DNA of 64,000 nt from an uncultured bacterium (GCA_903919545.1 CAIXIN010000131.1:9082-73081); one strand, 5' to 3'. Positions 1 to 9,677 are shown, numbered from the stretch's first letter. Notes: generated from the sequence alone by a model not told the origin. Program-made: numbers and translations.

Positions 1-21
1 TTAGAGTATTGTATCTATTTG

Positions 22-411
22 TCAATCACTATTACCATCAGATGAATCATTAATCTGATATTCCAATACATTTTTGAAGACAGTATCATAAATCATGAAT
101 GCGGATACTGTTGTGGGCCCTTGATAAACTATGTATGCAGTTTCTTCTATGAACTCGATCTTAATATCCCATTCCCCTACTTTGATATTGAAATTTTTTG
201 GATTAAATGTAAGAAACTGATCTTTAACTTGTTTAAGAGTGTAGAGTTCAACTAAAGAGAATTCATCAAGTTTTATTGAATTCTTACTTTCTTGTATTCT
301 TTGAAAAAGATTAACACCGATCACATCAATAAACATTACAATGAATAAGAAGATAAGTATGAATGGATAAAGTACAAAGCCTTTATTTGAGGTAAGCAAT
401 GAAGATCTCAT
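22..411 (-). CDS. comGG: ComGG-like minor pseudopilin, last gene of the comG operon
   Basis: 129-aa ORF with an N-terminal hydrophobic helix after SNKGF. Overlaps the upstream comGF-like ORF. Assigned by position in the operon only. Confidence 0.4.
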   Translation of the reverse strand: MRSSLLTSNKGFVLYPFILIFLFIVMFIDVIGVNLFQRIQESKNSIKLDEFSLVELYTLKQVKDQFLTFNPKNFNIKVGEWDIKIEFIEETAYIVYQGPTTVSAFMIYDTVFKNVLEYQINDSSDGNSD

Positions 412-778
412 AAGTATTTTCTTTATATGTGTAGCCTATACTGAGAAAGTTATCGTTTATTTTCCATTCACAGTCTTCAATTTCAATAAGATATTCCATG
501 TATCCTTCTACTTCAATCAGTTGATTATTTTGACATAATAATTCAATGTTTTGATTATTGTATGTCATCATTAAACTATCTCCTTTGATGACGATATCGC
601 TTCCTACCCCAATTCTTTTTCTTAGTTGAAGAATCCCTATGAAATTCTGTCTTTCAGTTAACGCATAATCATATCGGTATAATACTCTTAAAAAAGTATA
701 GGTAAGAGTTAAAACCATAGGCAATAAAAGAATAACCAATAATGTTTCAATTAAGGTATAAGCTTTTGTATTGCACAT
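383..778 (-). CDS. comGF: ComGF-like minor pseudopilin
   Basis: N-terminus MCNTKAYTLIETLLV matches a prepilin cleavage/methylation motif (A|YTLIE) followed by a hydrophobic helix. Sixth gene of the comG-type operon. Confidence 0.55.
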   Translation of the reverse strand: MCNTKAYTLIETLLVILLLPMVLTLTYTFLRVLYRYDYALTERQNFIGILQLRKRIGVGSDIVIKGDSLMMTYNNQNIELLCQNNQLIEVEGYMEYLIEIEDCEWKINDNFLSIGYTYKENTYEIFIAYLK

Positions 779-927
779 TTAAGATCACACTTTTTTGATA
801 TTTGAATAAACTCATAACGAAATTCTGTATTTGATACCTCTCGAAACAATTTAACAAATACACTTAGTAATAAGATTAGTCCTAAAATAACCAAGCTTAA
901 TTCAATGATCATAAATCCTTTTTTCAT
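751..927 (-). CDS. comGE: ComGE-like minor pseudopilin (58 aa, below the ORF-track cutoff)
   Basis: Hand translation of the minus strand gives MKKGFMIIELSLVILGLILLLSVFVKLFREVSNTEFRYEFIQISKKCDLKCAIQKLIP. It has a G|FxxxE prepilin motif. It overlaps comGD by 26 nt and comGF by 28 nt. Confidence 0.6.
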   Translation of the reverse strand: MKKGFMIIELSLVILGLILLLSVFVKLFREVSNTEFRYEFIQISKKCDLKCAIQKLIP

Positions 928-1237
928 GTATTTTACCTGTACCTATCAGTAATGTAATTTCTATAGATTCTAAGACTATAGTTTGTCCCATATTGATGTT
1001 TCCATTCGCGTTGTATCGTATAGGATATTCTGGCTCAATTTCTCCTTTGTATTCAAATGTTTCGTGATTAAGTAAAGCCATAAATTGTATATGAATAAGT
1101 GAAGAAGTAAAATCTTTCACCTTAATTCCATATGAGCTTATAGGATTAATGAATATTAAACTAAACCCAAACAGAATCATCAATACAATACTCATTTCTA
1201 GAAGTGTAAAGCCTTTATTCGATGCTAGCTTGTCCAT
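902..1237 (-). CDS. comGD: ComGD-like minor pseudopilin
   Basis: MDKLASNKGFTLLEMSIVLMILF shows the prepilin motif G|FTLLE plus a hydrophobic helix. Fourth gene of the operon. Confidence 0.65.
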   Translation of the reverse strand: MDKLASNKGFTLLEMSIVLMILFGFSLIFINPISSYGIKVKDFTSSLIHIQFMALLNHETFEYKGEIEPEYPIRYNANGNINMGQTIVLESIEITLLIGTGKIHEKRIYDH

Positions 1238-1508
1238 CTAAAATCACGATCTGGTCATTGTTTTGACAAGTAGTTTGTTGCTCTGTAATATATCCTGCTT
1301 CTATAAGTTGAGCAGTATCATCAGCAATCTCATTAAATTCCATTTTATATTCCAGAATTGCTGCATCTATAACTTTCAATTGTGCTTCACACCCTTTCTT
1401 TTCAAATAAATTGAGTACCTTTTGAATGTTTGGGATAGACAATAAAAAAAGTAAAGTAATGACACTAACCACAACAATCATCTCTAATAAAGTAAATCCT
1501 TTTTTCAT
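1215..1508 (-). CDS. comGC: ComGC major competence pseudopilin
   Basis: 97 aa starting MKKGFTLLEMIVVVSVITLLFLL, a canonical type IV prepilin leader. Size and position after comGB fit ComGC. Confidence 0.8.
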   Translation of the reverse strand: MKKGFTLLEMIVVVSVITLLFLLSIPNIQKVLNLFEKKGCEAQLKVIDAAILEYKMEFNEIADDTAQLIEAGYITEQQTTCQNNDQIVILDGQASIE

Positions 1509-2470
1509 AGAATATTCTCCATCATTTCTATAGGTTTTAACATCACTTGATACAGAATCATAATCATAAAACTTATTTTTATATATGAATAAGCCAACAG
1601 AATTTTTCCATACTTCTTAATTTGATTTATCACGATTAATTCCTGAACATTAGCGTAGTGTTGAAGGTATTTTGTAATATCGATTCCCTCTTCATTCATT
1701 TTGAAATAAGCCTGTAAATCAGGGTTGATGACTTTGATCGAATTCGTTAGATCTTGTCCATTTTCAAGTTTAATTGAAGTTTCAAAACAAAGTTGACTAA
1801 GGACTGGTGATGAACTCCATTGGATTTGTTTAAAGATCAGATCAATACTGCCCCCTAGACGATAGAAATAAAGGAATTTTTCGCAAAATTGGTGGGAAAT
1901 CAATCTCGTCCATATGTTTTGAGGTCGAAATTTTCTACTTATGTAATAGATTCTGTATGCCTTATTTTTTAATAAAATCATTGTGACTATAACACTGACT
2001 AATAAACTAAGATCCACTACGATAAATATTAGTAAAATTACCTGATACATAGATAAATCAAGTTTTGGACCTAGAAAAAGCAACATGGACTGAAATAGTG
2101 GTAAGATCACTCCATTTACGAATATCATCATAAACAGACTGAATATTAGAAGTAAAACTGGATAAGCTAAGCCTTTTAAAACCTGGGCTTTAAGTCTTTT
2201 ATTAAGATTCATTGAATATAAGACAACCAACAAGGCTTTTCTAGATTCACACTCCAATGAAAGTCTTTGATATTGAGTGTAATTCGTTAAGGATAATAAG
2301 TTTCTTATGTGTTGTTCATCTTTAAGATCCATGCCTAATATTTTCTTTATCTCTTGATCGTTGATTTCACTCTCGAGTAAATCAGACAATATCATCGAAT
2401 CTACTTTTCTTTTGATTTTTAAAAGAAGGAATATGGATCTTAATATTTTAAGGATTTTGGAAGAGTTCAT
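1505..2470 (-). CDS. comGB: ComGB, type II secretion/type IV pilus platform protein (GspF family)
   Basis: 321-aa polytopic membrane protein between the ComGA ATPase and ComGC pilin. Overlaps both neighbours. Confidence 0.75.
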   Translation of the reverse strand: MNSSKILKILRSIFLLLKIKRKVDSMILSDLLESEINDQEIKKILGMDLKDEQHIRNLLSLTNYTQYQRLSLECESRKALLVVLYSMNLNKRLKAQVLKGLAYPVLLLIFSLFMMIFVNGVILPLFQSMLLFLGPKLDLSMYQVILLIFIVVDLSLLVSVIVTMILLKNKAYRIYYISRKFRPQNIWTRLISHQFCEKFLYFYRLGGSIDLIFKQIQWSSSPVLSQLCFETSIKLENGQDLTNSIKVINPDLQAYFKMNEEGIDITKYLQHYANVQELIVINQIKKYGKILLAYSYIKISFMIMILYQVMLKPIEMMENIL

Positions 2471-3299
2471 AACTCATGATCCTATTTTTCCCATCGGACT
2501 CTAATTTCTGATGAATCACTAGATTTAGAACACTTAATATCTCGTTTCTAGATACTCCTAAGTTTTCCAAACGATCTATGGTTTTACTGGCAGAATTTGA
2601 ATGAATGGTAGAAAGCACTAAATGGCCTGTTAAAGCACAACGTAATGCAGCTTTAGCTTCGATCTCATCACGAATTTCACCTATGACGATAAGATTAGGA
2701 TCATGTCTAAGAACTTGTTTAAGGGCAGTCTCAAAAGTAAGATCTTGTCTTTCATTCACTTGAAGTTGGATTAACTGAGAATGATAGGCTTCAATAGGAT
2801 CTTCTATCGTATAAATCTTAAGTTCACTTAAGGCATTTAGAATCGTATAGAGCGTGGTTGTCTTTCCACTTCCTGTGGTTCCAGATATTAAGATTAAGCC
2901 CGCTGAACGCTTTAATTCAGCTTTGATAAGGCATAGGTCATCATATTTAAATAAATTATCTAGACATAGATACTTAGGTGGATTCATGATCCTAATTACG
3001 ATGCTTTCAGTATAGTTATTCTTAATATGGGCTACTCTAAGTTGAATGATTTGTTGACCTAAATCTATTTTAAAATAACCCGTTTGAGGTCGATACGTTT
3101 TTAAAAGATCTAGTTTAGAATGATACTTGATGTATTCAAGCAGATTTCGATCTAAAACTAGGTTTTTTACTTTAATCAAACCTTGAAGTGTCCTTAACTC
3201 GCACGATCCCTGTCCTTCTCTAAATGTAAGATGAAGATCAGTGCTTTTTGATTTAAGTGCTTTTAAGATTAATGTATGAAAAAGAACTTCTGTGCTCAT
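2448..3299 (-). CDS. comGA: ComGA, type II/IV secretion ATPase (GspE family)
   Basis: Walker A GTTGSGKTTT, Walker B-like LIVIGEIRD and His box STIHSN. First gene of the comG operon. Confidence 0.85.
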   Translation of the reverse strand: MSTEVLFHTLILKALKSKSTDLHLTFREGQGSCELRTLQGLIKVKNLVLDRNLLEYIKYHSKLDLLKTYRPQTGYFKIDLGQQIIQLRVAHIKNNYTESIVIRIMNPPKYLCLDNLFKYDDLCLIKAELKRSAGLILISGTTGSGKTTTLYTILNALSELKIYTIEDPIEAYHSQLIQLQVNERQDLTFETALKQVLRHDPNLIVIGEIRDEIEAKAALRCALTGHLVLSTIHSNSASKTIDRLENLGVSRNEILSVLNLVIHQKLESDGKNRIMSYELFQNP

Positions 3300-3331
3300 A
3301 TTAGAATTTATGAGATAGAAGTTCTTTGTCC

Positions 3332-3925
3332 TTATTTTAAATAAATATTTGTTAATTTTTCTTGTTTTAAACTGGTTGATTCATCATGCCCTGGATAAAC
3401 TATGTAATCTTTATCGATGGCTTTTATCAATCTTAAACTTTGTTTCATTTTTGTTGGATTACTGCTTCTTAGATCAGTTCTACCAACGCTTTGCATAAAC
3501 AGAGTATCCCCACTAAACATATAATCTTCTATGAATAAACACACTGAACCTTCGGTATGACCTGGAGTTTCTAAGACTTCAAATGAGAAATCTCCAATGT
3601 CTAGAATATTAGGATAAGGTAATGTTTTTACTTCAACTACAAATCTTTTAGGAAAGGAATAATTCAATTGAGGATCCTTCATCAAAGGTTCATCTTCTTC
3701 ATTCAGATAAATAGGACAAGTAAAATGAGATAAAAGATCATTGATGGCTCCTATATGATCAAAATGACCATGGGTTAAAAGGATGGCCAATACTTTATTT
3801 TCTCCAATCGCACCTAAGATACGTTCTGCTTTAGCTCCTGGATCAATAATGATGGCTTTACCATTCATACTTAAGACATAACAATTGGTTTGTAGGATTC
3901 CAACTTTTACTGTTTTGATGTCCAT
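3332..3925 (-). CDS. MBL-fold metallo-hydrolase (glyoxalase II-like)
   Basis: LTHGHFDH (HxHxDH) motif, TPGHTEGS and a GDTLF motif. 197 aa. Confidence 0.8.
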   Translation of the reverse strand: MDIKTVKVGILQTNCYVLSMNGKAIIIDPGAKAERILGAIGENKVLAILLTHGHFDHIGAINDLLSHFTCPIYLNEEDEPLMKDPQLNYSFPKRFVVEVKTLPYPNILDIGDFSFEVLETPGHTEGSVCLFIEDYMFSGDTLFMQSVGRTDLRSSNPTKMKQSLRLIKAIDKDYIVYPGHDESTSLKQEKLTNIYLK

Positions 3926-3928
3926 ATA

Positions 3929-3949
3929 ATAAAAAAGCCCTGAGGCTTA
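3929..3949 (-). terminator. Short intrinsic terminator after rpmG
   Basis: Stem AAGCC/GGCTT with a 4-nt loop, followed by a T-run on the minus strand. The rpmG stop codon touches the stem. The stem is only 5 bp. Confidence 0.45.
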
Positions 3950-4096
3950 TTTTTTTTCCTTATGCATGGTTTGTTTGTTGCATCTTGGGCAAAACTTTTT
4001 AACTTCCATCTTTTCTGGATGTTTCTTTTTATTTCTGGTGTTAATGTAGTTTTCTTCGTTGCAAACAGTACATTTGAACATAATGTTCTCTCTCAT
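3947..4096 (-). CDS. rpmG: 50S ribosomal protein L33 (Zn-ribbon C+ form)
   Basis: Not in the ORF track. Hand translation gives MRENIMFKCTVCNEENYINTRNKKKHPEKMEVKKFCPRCNKQTMHKEKK, with CxxC...CxxC and an L33 signature. RBS AAAGGAGAA lies upstream. Confidence 0.9.
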   Translation of the reverse strand: MRENIMFKCTVCNEENYINTRNKKKHPEKMEVKKFCPRCNKQTMHKEKK

Positions 4097-4121
4097 ATTG
4101 TTCTCCTTTTAACGCTCAATT

Positions 4122-4130
4122 AGTATAACA
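4122..4130 (-). promoter_or_regulatory. Candidate extended -10 promoter (TGTTATACT) for rpmG
   Basis: The minus strand reads TGtTATACT about 25 nt upstream of the rpmG start. No good -35 element. Confidence 0.35.
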
Positions 4131-4143
4131 TAGGTTTTTTAAT

Positions 4144-6216
4144 TTATCTACCATTAAAGTAATAAACCATTATTTCATTTACTATTTTATAACAAAGGTT
4201 ATCATATGACTTTACAACACTAAAAGCATCGGGTATTCCACATGCAATAGCGATCTCTGGTTTAGTGTATGGGGCATAGGTTACGATGAGTGAATTTGAT
4301 GATTCTATGAGTTTGCCTTTACTGTCAACTACAAATGTTTCAGCAGTTCCTGTTTTAGCAGCTACAGCAACAGATACATCTTGAAGATTACGACATAGAC
4401 CATTGGTGACGCATAATCTAAAGCCTTTTTGAACTCTTTCTAGAGCCATTTCATTATCGAGCACATTTAGTACATTTACATCATTTTGATAAGTTATGGT
4501 ATCTGTATTGGTCTCTGTTGCTTTTAAAAGAAGTCTAGGTTCGATACGTTTACCACCATTAGCTATCGTTGAGATATATTGAGCCAGTTGCATTATCGTA
4601 TAGGTATCATATTGACCAATAGCGAAATCTAGAAGATGACCTCCTAAGATTGCCGAACCCTTATAGCCTGTTGCTTCATAAGGAGTATCAACACCCGTTA
4701 GAGAACCTAAACCAAATTGACTATAATAATTTCTCATGATATCGAAAGCAGCGATATCGATGTCTAGACCTTGATCATACTTATAAGTAGCTCCCCCAAG
4801 TCTCATCGCCACATGAAACATATAAACATTACTAGACAGAGCTAAAGCTTGGATATCTGATACTTTACCTAAGTATCTGTATGATTTTTTTAAAGGTGTT
4901 TCTTTTATTTTTATGGCTGCATCGTCTATGATTTCACCAGCTTTGATGACGCCTTCAGAAAGACCCATATAGATCGTAGCCCCTTTGATGGTGGATCCAA
5001 TAGACATGGCTTGGGTAAAAACACGATTGATGTCGTTAACAATAACCCCGTCTTCATATCCCATGGAAACCATAGTTAATACATCTCCATTGTTAGGATT
5101 CATAATAACTATATTGACGTTTTTGAAATATGGCCTATTTTTATCTTTGGATTCAGATTCTACCCATTTCGCGACTATGTTTTCTACAGATTGTTGTAAA
5201 GCAGAATCAAAACTAAGATATAAATCTTGACCATTGGTCCCTTGCGATACTTCAGTAAATCGAACCAGCCCTTTTTGATCATAAGTTACTTGATAAGTGC
5301 TTTCTTGTCCTTTTAATAATTGTTCATAATATTGTTCAATACCAGTTTTCCCAATGACACTATTTCTCGAGTATCCCAATGCAAGATGATAAAGCAAGAA
5401 ATCAGAACTTAAACCTTGTTTACTTGTGGTTACAGTTCCTAACAGACGCGTTAATAGATCACCATAGGGATAGGTACGATCATAATAGATCTGAGCATCA
5501 AATCCATAGAAATCAGTATTGTTTTCTGAAAGATAGGCTATTTCTTCGATCGTACAATCGTTTTTTATTATTTTTATACTCTTTGCTGGAGCTGCATTCA
5601 TTAAAGTATATACAATATAAGTGCTCTTTGTTTCATCATCAAAAGATAAATATTCAGATTCAGTGATTCTCGCGAGCTTTAATTGATAGATATCGGTATC
5701 TGTTAGTTTATCATCGTTATAAAGCTCCCATTCTTCATCCGTAATTTTTGCACTTACCAAGTCAGGGTATTTAATGATATAGAGATCTTTTAAATCTCTA
5801 GGATAGAGACTGGTATTATCAATCGTAAAATGTTCAACAAAATGCTCAGCCATATCCCACTCCTCTTCTGAGGAAATATTCGCAGGTGGATAGTAAACGA
5901 TAGATAAGCGCTCAGCATTACTGACTAATATTTCTCCATTGCGATCATAAATAACCCCTCTTTGAGAAGGTATTCCAATATAGCTCTTAGTAAAATCTAA
6001 AAGCTTTTGCTGATATTCAGCATTTTTAGTGATTTGTAATGTGTACAGATTAACCCAAACCAGACTAAAAAGTAAAAGAACAGATACGATGATGATCTTA
6101 AACCGACGGTCAATTGATCGATCTAAATCAAATTCTCTTTCTCTTTTTATAGCGTTGATTTCTGCAAGTTCTTTATTTTCAGAACTAGTTGTTTTATTAA
6201 GTTTAGGTTTTATCAC
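4144..6216 (-). CDS. Class B penicillin-binding protein (PBP2-type transpeptidase)
   Basis: N-terminal TM anchor. Transpeptidase motifs STIK (SxxK), SSN (SxN) and KTGTA (KTG). Confidence 0.85.
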   Translation of the reverse strand: MIKPKLNKTTSSENKELAEINAIKREREFDLDRSIDRRFKIIIVSVLLLFSLVWVNLYTLQITKNAEYQQKLLDFTKSYIGIPSQRGVIYDRNGEILVSNAERLSIVYYPPANISSEEEWDMAEHFVEHFTIDNTSLYPRDLKDLYIIKYPDLVSAKITDEEWELYNDDKLTDTDIYQLKLARITESEYLSFDDETKSTYIVYTLMNAAPAKSIKIIKNDCTIEEIAYLSENNTDFYGFDAQIYYDRTYPYGDLLTRLLGTVTTSKQGLSSDFLLYHLALGYSRNSVIGKTGIEQYYEQLLKGQESTYQVTYDQKGLVRFTEVSQGTNGQDLYLSFDSALQQSVENIVAKWVESESKDKNRPYFKNVNIVIMNPNNGDVLTMVSMGYEDGVIVNDINRVFTQAMSIGSTIKGATIYMGLSEGVIKAGEIIDDAAIKIKETPLKKSYRYLGKVSDIQALALSSNVYMFHVAMRLGGATYKYDQGLDIDIAAFDIMRNYYSQFGLGSLTGVDTPYEATGYKGSAILGGHLLDFAIGQYDTYTIMQLAQYISTIANGGKRIEPRLLLKATETNTDTITYQNDVNVLNVLDNEMALERVQKGFRLCVTNGLCRNLQDVSVAVAAKTGTAETFVVDSKGKLIESSNSLIVTYAPYTKPEIAIACGIPDAFSVVKSYDNLCYKIVNEIMVYYFNGR

Positions 6217-6279
6217 AGGTCTATTATAATCATTTTAAGACCAAAATCATAGTGTGATATACTTGATTAGAGGTTGAAA

Positions 6280-7350
6280 ATGAACAGAACACAAACAAGA
6301 CCCATCTTCGTTAACGGTTTACAAATCGGTGGTCAAAACAAAGTCATCATTCAATCGATGACCAATACGAAAACAAAAGATATCGAATCTACCATCTCTC
6401 AAATCAAAGCTCTAGAAGGTTTTGGTTGTGAATTGATAAGATTAGCCATATTGGATGAAGAAGATGCACGAGCGATCAAAGAAATCATAAAGGAATCAAA
6501 AGTTCCATTAGTCGCAGACATTCATTTTAATTATAAATTAGCTTTAATAGCCATAGAAAGTGGAATCCATAAAATTCGCTTAAATCCCGGAAACATAAAG
6601 AACAAAGAGCACATTGAATTGGTCGTAAAAGCCTGTAAAGAAAAAAATATTCCGATACGTATAGGTATCAATTCGGGATCATTAGAAAAATCCATTTTAC
6701 AGAAGTATGATAATGTTCCTTGTGCAGAAGCAATGATTGAATCTGCTCAGGTTCACATCAAGATTTTAGAAGATCTAAATTTTTATGATATCGCCTTATC
6801 TTTTAAATCAAGCGATGTACGATTAACCATTGATGTATATGAAAAGGCATCTAAGATCTTTCCTTATCCTCTACATTTAGGTGTTACTGAAGCTGGAACA
6901 CTTATTGGTTCTTCCATTAAATCTTCTGCTGCTTTAGGAGTTCTACTTCACCAAGGGATAGGAGATACCCTTCGTATTTCTATCAGTGATGATCCTGTAG
7001 AAGAAATCAAAGTTGCGAAACAATTACTAAAAGCATTTGGGTTGTATGCCAATGTTGCGGATCTAGTTGCATGCCCTACTTGTGGTCGACTTCAATATGA
7101 TATGTTGCCCATCGTAAATCAGATAGAAACTTATCTAAATACAATTCAAAAAGACATTACTGTAGCTGTGATGGGTTGTCCTGTTAATGGTCCTCAAGAA
7201 GCTTCAAGAGCTGATATTGGAGTAGCTGGTGGTTATAAAGAAGCCTTACTCTTTAAAAAAGGAAACTTTATCCGATCTATACCTCAAGAAGATATTGTAA
7301 AAGAACTCAAAATTGAAATAGAACAATACATTATCGACAATAAGCTTTAA
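6280..7350 (+). CDS. ispG: 4-hydroxy-3-methylbut-2-en-1-yl diphosphate synthase (MEP pathway)
   Basis: IIQSMTNTKT motif and C-terminal Cys cluster CPTCGR...GCPVNG. ATG at 6280 with AGAGG 6 nt upstream is preferred over the track's TTG at 6274. Confidence 0.9.
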   Translation: MNRTQTRPIFVNGLQIGGQNKVIIQSMTNTKTKDIESTISQIKALEGFGCELIRLAILDEEDARAIKEIIKESKVPLVADIHFNYKLALIAIESGIHKIRLNPGNIKNKEHIELVVKACKEKNIPIRIGINSGSLEKSILQKYDNVPCAEAMIESAQVHIKILEDLNFYDIALSFKSSDVRLTIDVYEKASKIFPYPLHLGVTEAGTLIGSSIKSSAALGVLLHQGIGDTLRISISDDPVEEIKVAKQLLKAFGLYANVADLVACPTCGRLQYDMLPIVNQIETYLNTIQKDITVAVMGCPVNGPQEASRADIGVAGGYKEALLFKKGNFIRSIPQEDIVKELKIEIEQYIIDNKL

Positions 7351-7352
7351 AG

Positions 7353-7386
7353 AAAAGGAAATCAGTTACTCTGATTTCCCTTTTTC
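7353..7386. terminator. Bidirectional intrinsic terminator between ispG and the DEAD-box helicase gene
   Basis: 9-bp stem GGAAATCAG/CTGATTTCC flanked by an A-run and a T-run. The helicase stop codon lies in the loop. Confidence 0.75.
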
Positions 7387-8691
7387 TATTTGTTTTACTT
7401 TTGACTTAATATGCTGTTGTTCTTTGATGGATTTCTTGATCATTGCACGTCGTGCTTTACGCTTGATGGTTTCAATGTCTCTTTCCTTTTTCTTCTTATA
7501 GTTTGGTTTAACAGCGACCTTCTTTTGATTGACGATTCGAGCAATTTCTTTATCGGCTTCCTTTTTTCTAAAGGTGAACTTAAAACCATAAGGTTTCATT
7601 TCTCTTAATGAACCATCTGCTAAATTACGATGTTCGAAGAAGATACCTCGTTCCATCAATTGACGAATGACTTGATCATCTTTTACTGTATAGAAGACAT
7701 AGCTTTGTCCATTACGCCCTGCTCTACCTGTTCTACCTGCTCTATGGACATAAAAATCTAGATCTTTTGGAAAGCCTACTGAGATGACATCACTGATTTC
7801 AGGAATATCGATACCACGCGCGGCTAAATCCGTTGTTAATACATAAGATACTTGTTGATTACGAATTAAAGTCAAATTTTGTGTACGTTCTCGAGCTGAG
7901 AGTTTACCGTGTAGAACGATGTGTTTCATTCCCTTAGCATTAAATGCATTGCTTAGTTTAGTTAGTTCATCGAGATTGTTTAAGAAGATTAATGCAATAT
8001 ATGGATTAATGACTTCAAACAAATCAAAGAAGACCTCACTTGTTCTGTGTTTAATAGGAATCAAGAAATGCTTGATTTTTGGATCAAATTTCTCATCCAC
8101 TTCGATGGATATTTGTTCAGGATTCTTGAGATACTTTTTAATAAAGGTTTTCAGATTATCTGGAACTGTAGCACTAAATACCATTGTTTGATGTTGTGCT
8201 CTGATTTTATCCATGAGTGAATCTAGATCTTCTATGGTGCTTTTTTCTAGCATCATGTCTGCTTCATCGATAACGATGATCTTTGGTCTTTGGATCTGAA
8301 GGACATTCTCTTCAATAAATAGAGCTTTCAATCTTCCTAAGGTTCCAATAACAATGTGACTTTTTAAAGCATCCGCTGCTATTTTGTCAGAACCTTTGGT
8401 CACCATTTTTACGCTTAGTTTAGGATCCAAGGTTTTGAAAGGTTGGATCATATTAAAAACTTGTTTGGCCAATTCTAAGGTAGGAACCAATATTAAAGCT
8501 TGTGTCTCATTGGCAGAGGTATCTATCGCATTAAAGATCGGAAATAAATAAGCGTGTGTTTTACCCGTTCCTGTTTTAGAAACGGCAATCAAATCTTTAC
8601 CTGCAGTGGCAATAGGAAAAACGTTCTCTTGAACGGCAGTAGATTCTTTAAATCCAAATAAGGTATTCAATGTTGTTAAGGTATATTTCAT
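7366..8691 (-). CDS. DEAD-box ATP-dependent RNA helicase with a Lys-rich C-terminal tail
   Basis: Motifs TGTGKT, PTLELA, DEAD, SAT and HRAGRTGRAG. Confidence 0.9.
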   Translation of the reverse strand: MKYTLTTLNTLFGFKESTAVQENVFPIATAGKDLIAVSKTGTGKTHAYLFPIFNAIDTSANETQALILVPTLELAKQVFNMIQPFKTLDPKLSVKMVTKGSDKIAADALKSHIVIGTLGRLKALFIEENVLQIQRPKIIVIDEADMMLEKSTIEDLDSLMDKIRAQHQTMVFSATVPDNLKTFIKKYLKNPEQISIEVDEKFDPKIKHFLIPIKHRTSEVFFDLFEVINPYIALIFLNNLDELTKLSNAFNAKGMKHIVLHGKLSARERTQNLTLIRNQQVSYVLTTDLAARGIDIPEISDVISVGFPKDLDFYVHRAGRTGRAGRNGQSYVFYTVKDDQVIRQLMERGIFFEHRNLADGSLREMKPYGFKFTFRKKEADKEIARIVNQKKVAVKPNYKKKKERDIETIKRKARRAMIKKSIKEQQHIKSKVKQIEKGKSE

Positions 8692-8753
8692 AAGTCTCCC
8701 GCACCATTATAATGATTTTTATGCTCAAATGCAAAATATGTTATAGTTTATTC

Positions 8754-9677
8754 ATGAAAAATCGATTTAAAGTCATTAATGTTACCCCAAGAGGTTTCTG
8801 TAAGGGTGTTTATAACGCAATTGAGCTCGCAAAACAAACCAGGTTAGATTTTCCTTTTGATAAAATTACTATTTTAGGAGAACTTGTTCATAATAAAGAT
8901 GTTGTTTCAAGTTTAAAATCTCTTAAAATAGACACAATTGAATCTAAAGGTAAACTTAGAATTGAATTACTGGATGAAATTAATGAAGGAATTATTATTT
9001 TTTCCGCTCATGGGGTTAGTCCTTTGGTTCAAATAAAAGCACATAACAAAGGATTAAAAACAATAAACGCAAGTTGTGAAGATGTATTAAAAACTCAGGA
9101 TCTTATTAAAGCTTATCTTAATCAAGCTTATGATGTATTTTATATAGGTCAACATGGTCATCCAGAAGCTGAAGCTTCAATAGACCTAGATTCAAGTAGA
9201 ATACATCTAATTCAAATCGGTCAAGACATTCCACAATTTGAATCGAAGAAGATATTTGTTACGAATCAAACCACGATGAGTATTTTAGACATAAAAAATA
9301 CTATACAATCTATTCAAAGTATCTACCCTTTCGCGATCGTAAGTGATGAAATATGCAATGCAACTCGCTTAAGACAAGAAGCCATCTTAAAATTACCAGA
9401 ATCTGTCGATGCAATTATAATCATAGGTGATAAAAGTTCAAACAATACAAAAATGTTGGCGAAAATTTCTCGAAATAAATCCATTTCTACCATCATTGAA
9501 GTTCAAAATTTGAGGGAATTAGATCCTAAGTTACTTGACCACTGTCATGAACTTGCGATTACAGCGGGTGCATCTACACCGAAGTTCATCATCGATGAGA
9601 TTGTTCATTTCGTAAATGCGTACTCGATGGATTCACAAGTTGATAAAGCAAACTATTCAATTAACCCGTTCATCTAA
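8754..9677 (+). CDS. ispH: 4-hydroxy-3-methylbut-2-enyl diphosphate reductase (MEP pathway)
   Basis: Motifs GFCKGV, HNKDVV, SAHGVSP, NQTTMS and ICNATRLRQ. The start at MKNRFKV (8754) is chosen by family N-terminus. The track start 8712 is possible, and TATAAT sits at 8708-8713. Confidence 0.85.
   Translation: MKNRFKVINVTPRGFCKGVYNAIELAKQTRLDFPFDKITILGELVHNKDVVSSLKSLKIDTIESKGKLRIELLDEINEGIIIFSAHGVSPLVQIKAHNKGLKTINASCEDVLKTQDLIKAYLNQAYDVFYIGQHGHPEAEASIDLDSSRIHLIQIGQDIPQFESKKIFVTNQTTMSILDIKNTIQSIQSIYPFAIVSDEICNATRLRQEAILKLPESVDAIIIIGDKSSNNTKMLAKISRNKSISTIIEVQNLRELDPKLLDHCHELAITAGASTPKFIIDEIVHFVNAYSMDSQVDKANYSINPFI

Noticed and set aside
1-21. Sequence downstream of comGG at the window edge
   Set aside because: It is too short to assign to any feature.
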